Source of the DNA: Candidatus Iainarchaeum sp.
GTDB taxonomy: Archaea; Iainarchaeota; Iainarchaeia; Iainarchaeales; JACQJH01
Reading direction: 5' to 3'
Assembly: GCA_016205145.1 (NCBI GenBank)
Contig: JACQJH010000002.1
Location: 150,001 to 182,000, forward strand
DNA: 32,000 nucleotides
The notes beneath the pieces were generated by a model. The model made no database searches, was not told where the DNA came from, and saw only the letters and a program-made list of their open reading frames with translations. How positions within the stretch are numbered: position 1 is the first letter of the stretch; every line of letters begins with the position of its first letter. Positions 24,516 to 32,000 of the stretch are shown here, piece after piece. Both the position numbers and the translations under genes were made by a program.

Positions 24516-25496
24516 TTACTTTTCGAACATTGCCCTGATTGCCTTTCCGGTTTTCTCGATCTGGTGTTCCGAGTCAAGCTTGCGCAGCTGTGAAAAGTTT
24601 TCCCCGCCCGCCTTGTACTCGTTTATCCACTCTTCCGCGAATTTTCCGGATTCAATGTCGTCAAGGAGCTTTTGCATCGCCTTCTTGGTTTCAGGCGTTA
24701 TGATTGCCTTCCCGCGCGTCCTTCCGCCGTATTCCGCGGTATTGGAAACGACATCCCACATGTGCTCGAGGCCGCCCTCGTTTACCAAATCGACTATCAG
24801 CTTCAATTCGTGCAGGCATTCAAAGTAGGCTATTTCCGGCGGGTATCCGCGCGAAGTCAGGGTTTCAAAGCCGGCCTTTATGAGCTCCGCTGTTCCGCCG
24901 CAAAGCACGGCCTGCTCCCCGAACAAATCCGAATAGGTTTCCTGCTCGAACGTGCACTCAAACACTCCCGCTTTCGTGAAGCGCATCGCCTTCGCCATTC
25001 CCAAAGCAATGTCCTTCGCCTTTCCGCTCGCATTCTTTTTGACTGCAATGAGAGCCGGAACCCCGAACCCTTCAAGGTAGCGTTTCCTTTCCTCGGTTCC
25101 GGGCGCTTTCGGCGCAACCATTATGACGTCGACTCCTTCCGGCGGAACGATTTTTTTGAAAACAATGTTGAAGCCGTGGCTGAAAGACAATGCCTTTCCG
25201 GCCTTGAGGTGCGGCTTTATTTCCTTTTCATAGACCTGGCCCTGCACTTCATCCGGCAGGAGGATATGGACTATGTCCGCTTTCTGCGCTGCCTCCGCAA
25301 CCGGCAGGATTTTCAGGCCGTCAGCCTTCGCCTTGTCCGCCGACTTGCCGGGCCTGATGCCGACAACAACATTGAGGCCGGAATCGTGCATCATCAAAGC
25401 CTGTGCCCTGCCCTGCGCGCCGTAGCCTATGACCGCAATCGTCTTGCCCTTGACCGCATCCAAAGTTGCATCCTTTTCGTGGAAAATCTGCGCCAT
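24516..25496 (-). CDS. ilvC: ketol-acid reductoisomerase (class I)
   Basis: NADP site IGYGAQGRAQALMM, plus LLPDE, FSHGFNI, and the C-terminal knotted domain. Confidence 0.95.
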   Translation of the reverse strand: MAQIFHEKDATLDAVKGKTIAVIGYGAQGRAQALMMHDSGLNVVVGIRPGKSADKAKADGLKILPVAEAAQKADIVHILLPDEVQGQVYEKEIKPHLKAGKALSFSHGFNIVFKKIVPPEGVDVIMVAPKAPGTEERKRYLEGFGVPALIAVKKNASGKAKDIALGMAKAMRFTKAGVFECTFEQETYSDLFGEQAVLCGGTAELIKAGFETLTSRGYPPEIAYFECLHELKLIVDLVNEGGLEHMWDVVSNTAEYGGRTRGKAIITPETKKAMQKLLDDIESGKFAEEWINEYKAGGENFSQLRKLDSEHQIEKTGKAIRAMFEK

Positions 25497-25622
25497 GAAA
25501 ACCCAACCTCCAAAACCGCAATAAAATAAAAGCCAGAAAATGTTTTTTCCGATTATTTAACCCTCAAAAAGGCATTAAAACGTTGCGCAAGCGGATGCAA
25601 AATCCGGAACCGGCTGCCGGAC

Positions 25623-25898
25623 TCAAAGCTCGAACTCGTTTATGAATTCCGAGAAAACGCGGTATTTTTCCAGAAACTTGAAGCCCTTGTCCGTCAATGA
25701 AACGTATTTGCGGTTGTCCTTGTCAAACTCCTCGCGGATGAAACCCTTTGCCTTCAGCTCCTCAAAATATTCGGTGAAGCTCTGCGACGAAATGTTGGAC
25801 TGGCGCAGCAATGGCGTTGGCCTGATCGAATTGTGGTTGTCCCGCACAATTTTCAGGATGCCGTAGATTATTTCATGCCGGTTCCGTTTTTTTGCCAT
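25623..25898 (-). CDS. small winged-helix DNA-binding protein (archaeal wHTH, COG3432-like)
   Basis: 91 aa. HEIIYGILKIV...RPTPLLRQSNISSQSFTEYFEELKAKGFI...YVSLTDKGFKFL shows the typical wHTH layout. The start overlaps the upstream membrane gene by 26 nt. Confidence 0.65.
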   Translation of the reverse strand: MAKKRNRHEIIYGILKIVRDNHNSIRPTPLLRQSNISSQSFTEYFEELKAKGFIREEFDKDNRKYVSLTDKGFKFLEKYRVFSEFINEFEL

Positions 25899-26631
25899 CA
25901 GGCTCCAACCTCTTGTTGACCCTCAAAAATACCGACAGGAATACGGCCGCTGAAACAAGGTATAGCCCGACCCTTGCTTCAGGCGGAAGCCAAAAGCCCA
26001 GAGCAATCAGGCTCAGCGCCCAGAACACCACCAAAAGGGAATATGTCAGCTTGTTCGGCGAAAAAAACTTTTTTCCGGCCGACGGCTTGACGGCGAATGC
26101 GAGCGCGAACAGCGCCAAAACAATTATCGGCAGGGCTATGAGCAAAGGATAGAAGCGTGTCGCAAAAAGCGCCACGGCTACGACCAGGGAAACGACCTGC
26201 ATTGCAAGGTTTATCCTGTTGTCGCTGTAATCAACCAGCCTGACCGCAAAGGCCATGGCAAGGGAAAGCAAGGCCATCGTGCTGAAATAGCCGAAAAAAA
26301 GCATGTTGACCGCAAAAAACCCGCGTGCGGCAAAAAACCCGCCGGAAGCGAAAAAGTCAGGCTTGTCCTGGAAAAGCACTATCGCGGCGTGCGCAAGCCG
26401 GAAGAAATACGCGAGAAAAAAGTAAAGAAAAGTGTTCCTGAAATAATGCAGGCCCCTGTGCTGTGTGATGCTGTAAATTTCGCGCGTCCTGAAATAAATG
26501 ACGATGCAGAGTACCGCGACAAGCAGGAAAAAAGCCAGTTCTATCGCAAGAAACTCCTGCGGAGGGCCCGTGAAATGCGGGCCGGAAAAAGGCATGCCCT
26601 GCAGCCGTGACTGCAAAAAAGCCAGAAGCAT
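25873..26631 (-). CDS. polytopic (about 7 TM) membrane protein (hypothetical)
   Basis: Strongly hydrophobic and Phe-rich helices. No family recognised. An alternative start is Met13. Confidence 0.6.
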   Translation of the reverse strand: MLLAFLQSRLQGMPFSGPHFTGPPQEFLAIELAFFLLVAVLCIVIYFRTREIYSITQHRGLHYFRNTFLYFFLAYFFRLAHAAIVLFQDKPDFFASGGFFAARGFFAVNMLFFGYFSTMALLSLAMAFAVRLVDYSDNRINLAMQVVSLVVAVALFATRFYPLLIALPIIVLALFALAFAVKPSAGKKFFSPNKLTYSLLVVFWALSLIALGFWLPPEARVGLYLVSAAVFLSVFLRVNKRLEPDGKKTEPA

Positions 26632-26767
26632 TACCTAATTGTCCAAGGCGGATATAAAAAATCATGTGGACGCAAAGTGAACATTTCGGCTCCTTCTTGC
26701 TTTTAAACGCCGCAGACGGCAATTGGTATTAAAGCCAGATTTTCAACCAAAAAAAGGGGGCGGAAAC

Positions 26768-27343
26768 ATGGTGGAAAAAAAACATATTCTGATTCTGTTT
26801 GCACTGATTGCAATCGGAACCGGCGCCTTCGCGTTCAGCGGGGGATTCGGCCCGATTTTCGGCAGTCAGGCGGCACAGGATGCACTCAAGGCGGGCGACT
26901 ATGCAGCATTCACAACTGCAATCGCTTCTACGCCCCGCGGGGAAAAAGCCGCGCAGAACATTTCACAGGACCAGTTCAAGGCGATGTCGGCAAACTTCAA
27001 GCAGGCGGGGGAATTCAGGCAGAAGATGGATGCATGGCAGCAATCCGTGCAGAAAGCGCTGGATGACAATAATTACCAGGAATGGGTTAATGCAATGAAC
27101 GCAAAGCCCAAGCCTAAAAGCATAACCGACGTAATAACGAGCGGCAATTTCACAGTATACGTCAAATACCAGAAGGCACTGCATGACAAGGATTTCACGA
27201 CTGCAAAAACTCTTGCACAACAGCTCGGCCTTGACGCATTGCATCCGGGCGTTCTGGGCTTTCACGCTTTTGGACCCGGAAACGGCTTCCACGCGGCTTC
27301 AAAGGAAAAGTTTCGCGGAAGAATGCTCCAAAAGGCAAGTTGA
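26768..27343 (+). CDS. secreted helical protein with an internal repeat (hypothetical)
   Basis: Signal peptide ILILFALIAIGTGAFAFS. Repeats start QDALKAGDYAAF, QKALDDNNYQEW and QKALHDKDFTTA. GGGGG (26756-26760) lies 7 nt upstream of ATG 26768. Confidence 0.65.
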   Translation: MVEKKHILILFALIAIGTGAFAFSGGFGPIFGSQAAQDALKAGDYAAFTTAIASTPRGEKAAQNISQDQFKAMSANFKQAGEFRQKMDAWQQSVQKALDDNNYQEWVNAMNAKPKPKSITDVITSGNFTVYVKYQKALHDKDFTTAKTLAQQLGLDALHPGVLGFHAFGPGNGFHAASKEKFRGRMLQKAS

Positions 27344-27354
27344 CCCACATATCC

Positions 27355-27387
27355 GGAAGGGAAAACCGGAAACGGTTTTCCCCTTCC
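27355..27387 (+). promoter_or_regulatory. stable GAAA-capped stem-loop between the secreted-protein gene and the ABC ATPase gene
   Basis: GGAAGGGAAAACCG-GAAA-CGGTTTTCC(C)CTTCC forms 14 bp with one bulged C. A second small hairpin, TCAGA-AAA-TCTGA plus ATTTT, follows. Confidence 0.55.
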
Positions 27388-27422
27388 TCCAAATCAGAAA
27401 ATCTGAATTTTGCGGTGACCGC

Positions 27423-28127
27423 ATGCGGAAAACTGTTCTCGAATTGCAGGACGTCTGGAAAATCTACAAAATGGATTCCGTTGAAGTGCCGGCCGTCAAG
27501 GGAATAAGCTTCAAGGTCTCTGATGGCGAATTCGTTTCAATCATGGGCGCGTCCGGCTCCGGAAAATCCACTGTTTTGGGCATCATCGGCGCGCTTGACG
27601 TTCCCACAAAGGGAAAGGTCTTCCTTGACGGCACGGAAATAACAAGCCTGCCGGAAGACAGGCTTGCAAGAATCCGGGGGAAAAAAATCGGCTTCGTTTT
27701 CCAGACATTCAACCTCTATCCGACGCTCAATGTTTTTGAGAACATTGCCCTGCCAATGAAAATCCATGAATTCGACAAGAAGGCGCAGGAAGAGAAAGTA
27801 AGGGAGCTTGCCAGATTGGTGGGCCTTGAGCACCGCGAGCACCATTTGCCGGCACAGCTTTCCGGCGGGGAAAGGCAGCGCGTCGCCATTGCAAGGGCGC
27901 TTGCTACGGACCCTGCAATGATTTTGGCGGACGAGCCTACCGGGAACCTTGACACCAAAACAAGCCGTGAGATAATCGGCCTTTTCGTGGACCTCAACAA
28001 GCAGGGCCGCACAATTGTCATGGTCACGCACGAGCAGGACAACGCGGCGGTTGCGGAAAGGACAATCGAATTGCGCGACGGCGAAATCATTTTTGACGGA
28101 AAATTTTCCCGGAGGTCAAAAAAATGA
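27423..28127 (+). CDS. ABC transporter ATP-binding protein, MacB/LolD family
   Basis: Walker A GASGSGKST, signature LSGGERQRVAIARAL, Walker B ILADEPTGNLD and H-loop VTHE. The family-typical FQTFNLYPTLNVFENI is present. Confidence 0.9.
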   Translation: MRKTVLELQDVWKIYKMDSVEVPAVKGISFKVSDGEFVSIMGASGSGKSTVLGIIGALDVPTKGKVFLDGTEITSLPEDRLARIRGKKIGFVFQTFNLYPTLNVFENIALPMKIHEFDKKAQEEKVRELARLVGLEHREHHLPAQLSGGERQRVAIARALATDPAMILADEPTGNLDTKTSREIIGLFVDLNKQGRTIVMVTHEQDNAAVAERTIELRDGEIIFDGKFSRRSKK

Positions 28128-29650
28128 GCAAAAAAACATGGTTAATCCTGGCGGCATTGGTTGTGGCGGCGTTTTCACAGAACGCATTCGCGGCGGCATC
28201 GGAATACGTTTACCTGACTGACTTGACGGGCACGACATTCCTGCCATCAACAATTTATTCTGGAGATATCGTAAGCATTGCCGTTGACGTGAAGAACAAG
28301 GGAAATTTCACGCCGATCGTGAACATGAACGCCAGCCTCGACATCGGCAACCAGTTTGAGGCAGTTGACCTCAATGACAGCATATCGCTCATAAATGCCG
28401 GCTCGACAAAGACCCTTGTGTTCAAGATCCAGGTCAAAAACGACACACTCCCAGGATACTACCCGGTTTTCCTGATAATGGATTACACGAACAATGACAA
28501 GCAGACACGGGAAACGCACACAATCCTCGTGCCGGTGTCGAAAACCGAAAAAAGCCTCGACATCACAGTTGAGCCGAAGGTCATAAATCCAGGGAACCAG
28601 ACCGAAGCGACTTTCACGATTGCGAACACCGGCACCACTCCGGTGTCCAACATTTCCTTCAGCTGGGCGGAAGCAGGCAACCTCGTCCTTCCGGTGGGTT
28701 CGGACAACATCAGGTACATCAACAGCATTGACGCCGGAAAATCCGCAAAGGTCACTTACACGATTGCCGCGGACCCCAACATAGCGCCCGGAATCTACCC
28801 CCTGAAAGCGACGCTTTCCTTCGCCGGAGTCGATGGCACGAAAACCCAGGAATCAGACATCGGCATAATCATCGGCGGAAAAACCGACTTTGAAATCAGC
28901 GCGGAAATAACCGCGGCGGGCCAGCTTTCAATCAGCATCGCAAACATTGGGTCGAACAATGCCCAGGCAGTTGTCGTCAGAATTCCGCGCGGGCAGGGCA
29001 TTGCAATCAGCGGAAGCGATACCGCGATTCTCGGCAACCTCAACAAGGGCGACTTCACGCTCGCAAATTTCACTACGATCAGCCGCGGATTCAGCCAGGA
29101 AACAACTAACAGCGCCGGAATGCAGGGCCAATCATTCACTGACATGCATGGAACACAACAAAACCAGGGCACACAGGAACCGCAGCAGACCGGCAGCCAA
29201 AACCAGCCTGCTGGCACCCAGGGAACTGGTGCGGCTTTCCAGAGAAGGAACCCGGGAACATTGGAATTGGAAATAGATTACACGGACACTACCGGTGAGA
29301 GGCAGGCGGTCAAGAAAACCGTCAACCTGAACCTGGACACTGCGGGCGGCACAGCAGCAGGAACCGGCACAGCCGGAACGTTCGCGCAAAGGCGCGGGGC
29401 CGGCAGCAACAATCTCCTGCCATGGATACTGCTTGCGCTTGTCGCGGGCGGCGCGGCGGCATTCAACAAGTTCAAGGCGGGAAACGCAAACTGGAAACAG
29501 CTCGGCAAATTCCTCGCTGCTTCGGTTGCGCTGTTCCTCATGGCAATTTTCGTGTTCAACTCCGAATTGCTGTGGGTCGCAATAGCCGCGGCCGCGTCAA
29601 TCGCACTGCTTGTTTTCCATTTCAGGAAACAGGCGGGGGATAAGCAATGA
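28124..29650 (+). CDS. surface protein with three CARDB/COG1361-like beta-sandwich repeats, a Q/T/G-rich spacer and a C-terminal multi-TM anchor
   Basis: Signal peptide ending AFA-AAS. Repeats contain SIAVDVKNKGN, ATFTIANTGT and LSISIANIGS. At least 7 N-x-S/T sequons. 2-3 C-terminal TM helices. ATGA overlaps at both ends. GGAGGT (28111-28116) lies 7 nt upstream. Confidence 0.75.
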   Translation: MSKKTWLILAALVVAAFSQNAFAAASEYVYLTDLTGTTFLPSTIYSGDIVSIAVDVKNKGNFTPIVNMNASLDIGNQFEAVDLNDSISLINAGSTKTLVFKIQVKNDTLPGYYPVFLIMDYTNNDKQTRETHTILVPVSKTEKSLDITVEPKVINPGNQTEATFTIANTGTTPVSNISFSWAEAGNLVLPVGSDNIRYINSIDAGKSAKVTYTIAADPNIAPGIYPLKATLSFAGVDGTKTQESDIGIIIGGKTDFEISAEITAAGQLSISIANIGSNNAQAVVVRIPRGQGIAISGSDTAILGNLNKGDFTLANFTTISRGFSQETTNSAGMQGQSFTDMHGTQQNQGTQEPQQTGSQNQPAGTQGTGAAFQRRNPGTLELEIDYTDTTGERQAVKKTVNLNLDTAGGTAAGTGTAGTFAQRRGAGSNNLLPWILLALVAGGAAAFNKFKAGNANWKQLGKFLAASVALFLMAIFVFNSELLWVAIAAAASIALLVFHFRKQAGDKQ

Positions 29651-30966
29651 GGCTGTCCGACTCGTTTAAGCTGTCCGTCAACAGCATACTGCACAGGAGA
29701 CTCAGGAGCTGGCTTACGCTTCTTGGCATAATAATCGGGGTTGGGGCGGTCGTAGCAATCATTTCAATCGGCGAAGGGGCGCAGGCAAGCATAACCTCCC
29801 AGCTTTCATCGTTCGGGGCCGGCATAATAACAATCAGCCCCGGCGAAGGAGGGGCACAGCGGTTTGGGGGTGCATTCCGCATGGGCGGAGGAGGAGGCTT
29901 TGGCGGCGGAATGGAGCATGACACAAGAACAGGAACCCAGGCAAGCGCAAAAGAGCCCACGCTTACAAAAATAGACGTTGCAATCGTTTCCGCGAACCCG
30001 AACGTGCTTTACGTCAATGAAATCGTTTCCGGCAGGTCCAAGCTCACGTTTCTTTCAGAACAGACAAACGCAAGCCTTCAAGGCGTGAACCCCAATGCAT
30101 GGAAGCAGACTTCAAATCCCGGGCTTGCGGAAGGCAGATTCCTTACATCAAGCGATTCCTCCGCAATCGTCATAGGAAACCGGATTGCAAATGACATTTT
30201 CAAGCAGCCAGTCACGGTCGGAAGGAAAGTCACGCTCGAAGACCCGGACGGAAACCCGCAGGCGTTCACGGTTGTAGGCATCCTAAAAGAATCGGGAAGC
30301 GCAGGAATCGGCGCGTCAAACAGCGATTCGACTGTCTTCATGCCATACACTTCGGCATGGAACATGACAGACGTTAACAAGGACACGTTCTCTTCACTGC
30401 AGGCCAGGGTTTTAGACGCGGAAACCGTCGACCAGACAACGGAGGAACTCACGGCAGCCCTGCAGATTTCAAGAAGGGTCACTGCAGAAAACCAGGACTT
30501 TTCAATCACTTCTGCACAGGCGATAAAAGAACAGGTCAGCAGCATAACCCAATCGCTCACGCTTTTCCTCGGCGCAATTGCCGCAATCGCACTGCTCGTC
30601 GGGGCAATCGGGGTCGCAAACAGCATGTTCACTTCCGTGCTTGAAAAAACAAAACTCATAGGCATATTGAAGGCGCTCGGCTCGACGGACAACGAAATAG
30701 TCATGCTGTTCATAATAGAATCCGGCCTGTTCGGCCTCTTAGGCGGAATAATGGGCGTGGTGCTGGGCGCATTCGCTTCAATCGGAATCGCAAGCATGGG
30801 CGGGCTATCCCTGCCGATTGCACGCGGCGGGACGACAAGCCTCATAACGCCCCAGCTAGTCATAATCGCGGTCGTGCTGTCAACAGTCATCGGCATCGTC
30901 GCGGGCGCCATGCCGGCAAGGTCGGCGGCCAAACTCAAGCCGGTCGACGCGCTGAGATACGAATGA
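29647..30966 (+). CDS. ABC transporter permease, MacB/FtsX family (1 TM, extracytoplasmic domain, then 3 TM)
   Basis: N-terminal LRSWLTLLGIIIGVGAVVAIISIG, an external domain of about 250 aa, and a C-terminal FtsX domain (IGILKALGSTDNEIVMLFIIESG...AKLKPVDALRYE). Confidence 0.9.
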   Translation: MRLSDSFKLSVNSILHRRLRSWLTLLGIIIGVGAVVAIISIGEGAQASITSQLSSFGAGIITISPGEGGAQRFGGAFRMGGGGGFGGGMEHDTRTGTQASAKEPTLTKIDVAIVSANPNVLYVNEIVSGRSKLTFLSEQTNASLQGVNPNAWKQTSNPGLAEGRFLTSSDSSAIVIGNRIANDIFKQPVTVGRKVTLEDPDGNPQAFTVVGILKESGSAGIGASNSDSTVFMPYTSAWNMTDVNKDTFSSLQARVLDAETVDQTTEELTAALQISRRVTAENQDFSITSAQAIKEQVSSITQSLTLFLGAIAAIALLVGAIGVANSMFTSVLEKTKLIGILKALGSTDNEIVMLFIIESGLFGLLGGIMGVVLGAFASIGIASMGGLSLPIARGGTTSLITPQLVIIAVVLSTVIGIVAGAMPARSAAKLKPVDALRYE

Positions 30967-31009
30967 AAAAAAAATCAGAACAGCCGACTTAAGCGGGAAA
31001 AAAATTGAA

Positions 31010-32000
31010 TCAGATTTCCTTTACTATCGCTTCGCCCATTTCGTTCGTGCCGGAAATCTTCACGCCCAGCGCGCTTCCGGCAAGGTCCGCTGTACGATAG
31101 CCCTTCTCAAGCGCCTTGACGACCGCGTTTTCAATCGCCTGCGCTTCCGCCTGCAAGCCGAACGCATACCGGAGCATCATTGCGCCTGAAAGGATCTGCG
31201 CAATCGGATTCGCCTTGTTCTGCCCGGCAATGTCGGGCGCGCTTCCGTGAATCGGCTCGAACAAGCCGAAATTCTTTTCGTTCAACGACGCGGATGCGAG
31301 CATGCCGATGCTTCCGGTTATGACGCTCGCCTCGTCGCTTAAAATGTCGCCGAACATGTTTTCCGTGACGATCACGTCAAACTGTTTGGGATTGCGGACA
31401 AGCTGCATTGCGCAGTTGTCAACGTACATGTGCGACAACTCGACGGACGGATATTTTTTCGCGTAATCCGAAATTGTCTTGCGCCAGAACTTGCTGGTGT
31501 CCAAAACATTTGCCTTGTCAACGCTGCAAACGCGCTTTCCGCGCTTCAAGGCGGCCTCGAACGCCACTTTCGCAATCCTTTCGATTTCCTTTTTCGAATA
31601 TTTCATTTCGTCGCTCGCCCAGTCCCTGCCCTTGCCTTTCCTGCCAAAATAAATTCCGCCGGTAAGCTCGCGCACTATGAGAATGTCAAGAGAATCGCCT
31701 ACTATTTCCGGCTTTATTGGGGAAGAGCCTGCCAGTGGACCGTAAATGACTGCCGGGCGCAGGTTTGCGAACAGGTCAAAATGCTTGCGCAACGGAAGCA
31801 ATGCGCCGCGCTCCGGCGTCAATTCTGCGGGCAAGTTTTCCCATTTCGGCCCGCCGACGGCGCCGAAAAAAATCGAATCGCTTTTCTCGCAGACCTTCAA
31901 GGTTTCCTTAGGCAGTGGATGCCCGACTGCATCGTAAGCGCAGCCGCCTACAAGCGCGTGCGTGAACAAAAAATCGTGGCCGAACTTTTCACCGACGCGC
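31010..32000 (-). CDS. leuB: 3-isopropylmalate dehydrogenase, N-terminus beyond the window edge
   Basis: [27 protein letters not shown] and [14 protein letters not shown]. The frame stays open past 31969 and reads ...[19 protein letters not shown], so the track start is an internal TTG Leu codon. Confidence 0.9.
   Translation of the reverse strand, partial: RVGEKFGHDFLFTHALVGGCAYDAVGHPLPKETLKVCEKSDSIFFGAVGGPKWENLPAELTPERGALLPLRKHFDLFANLRPAVIYGPLAGSSPIKPEIVGDSLDILIVRELTGGIYFGRKGKGRDWASDEMKYSKKEIERIAKVAFEAALKRGKRVCSVDKANVLDTSKFWRKTISDYAKKYPSVELSHMYVDNCAMQLVRNPKQFDVIVTENMFGDILSDEASVITGSIGMLASASLNEKNFGLFEPIHGSAPDIAGQNKANPIAQILSGAMMLRYAFGLQAEAQAIENAVVKALEKGYRTADLAGSALGVKISGTNEMGEAIVKEI

Noticed and set aside
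24672-25529. 285-aa ORF on the + strand
   Set aside because: It is antisense to ilvC and is a shadow ORF.
27183-27422. 80-codon N-terminal extension of the ABC ATPase ORF (and similar extensions at 15998..16147, 17706..17771, 20037..20147, 20258..20299, 5456..5530 and 26723..26767)
   Set aside because: These extensions overlap the preceding gene or the promoter or hairpin regions, and they add non-conserved sequence ahead of canonical N-termini. The internal ATGs are supported by ATGA coupling, SD spacing or family-typical length.
29800-29960. Gly-rich segment (GGAFRMGGGGGFGGGM) after TM1 of the permease
   Set aside because: Gly-rich low-complexity stretches at this position seem common in Gram-positive and archaeal MacB/FtsX-type permeases, as far as I recall. 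It is not distinctive on its own.
30078-30938. 286-aa ORF on the - strand
   Set aside because: It is antisense to the FtsX/MacB permease gene. It looks hydrophobic only because it mirrors a membrane-protein gene.
31967-31969. Track start codon for leuB
   Set aside because: It is a TTG Leu codon inside the conserved ...[17 protein letters not shown]... segment. The frame remains open to nt 32000, so the gene is truncated by the window edge and does not start here.
1-32000. Scan for tRNA, rRNA, CRISPR arrays, C/D-box sRNAs, transposase or integrase genes and terminal inverted repeats
   Set aside because: I saw no T-loop GGTTCGAATCC-like motif outside coding sequence. I also saw no regularly spaced direct repeats, no RUGAUGA and CUGA box pairs in intergenic spacers, and no DDE or tyrosine-recombinase-like ORF. 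The scan was by eye only, so small RNAs could have been missed.

Overview
Gene-dense chromosomal segment that reads as archaeal. It carries diphthine synthase, an archaeal-type Trm5, DUF63- and DUF357-like proteins and three Lrp/AsnC-type regulators. TTTAAA-type TATA boxes sit about 20-35 nt upstream of first genes. GGGGG/GGAGG Shine-Dalgarno motifs sit 6-8 nt upstream of several starts. Seven gene pairs overlap by the 4-nt ATGA motif. The lineage cannot be assigned from this window alone. Core metabolism dominates: dCMP deaminase, lrp-glnA, acylphosphatase, dph5, trm5, adk, a PfkB kinase, ahcY, a SAM methyltransferase, purE-purC-purB, ridA, GTP-PEPCK, ilvD, ilvC and a truncated leuB. Small accessory modules are interspersed. 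These are a Cys-rich lipoprotein translationally coupled to a minimal 2-TM K+ channel, two VapBC-like (RHH antitoxin plus PIN) pairs, a tandem-Lrp regulator and several orphan membrane proteins. The largest accessory module is a six-gene envelope cluster at about 25.6-31.0 kb, lying between ilvC and leuB. It contains a wHTH regulator, a polytopic membrane protein, a secreted repeat protein, and a MacB-type ABC ATPase and permease split by a 508-aa multi-beta-sandwich surface protein. This cluster is the most system-like candidate for something functionally undescribed. By eye I found no rRNA, tRNA, CRISPR array, transposase or integrase. All family calls rest on motifs recognised from memory, not on searches.
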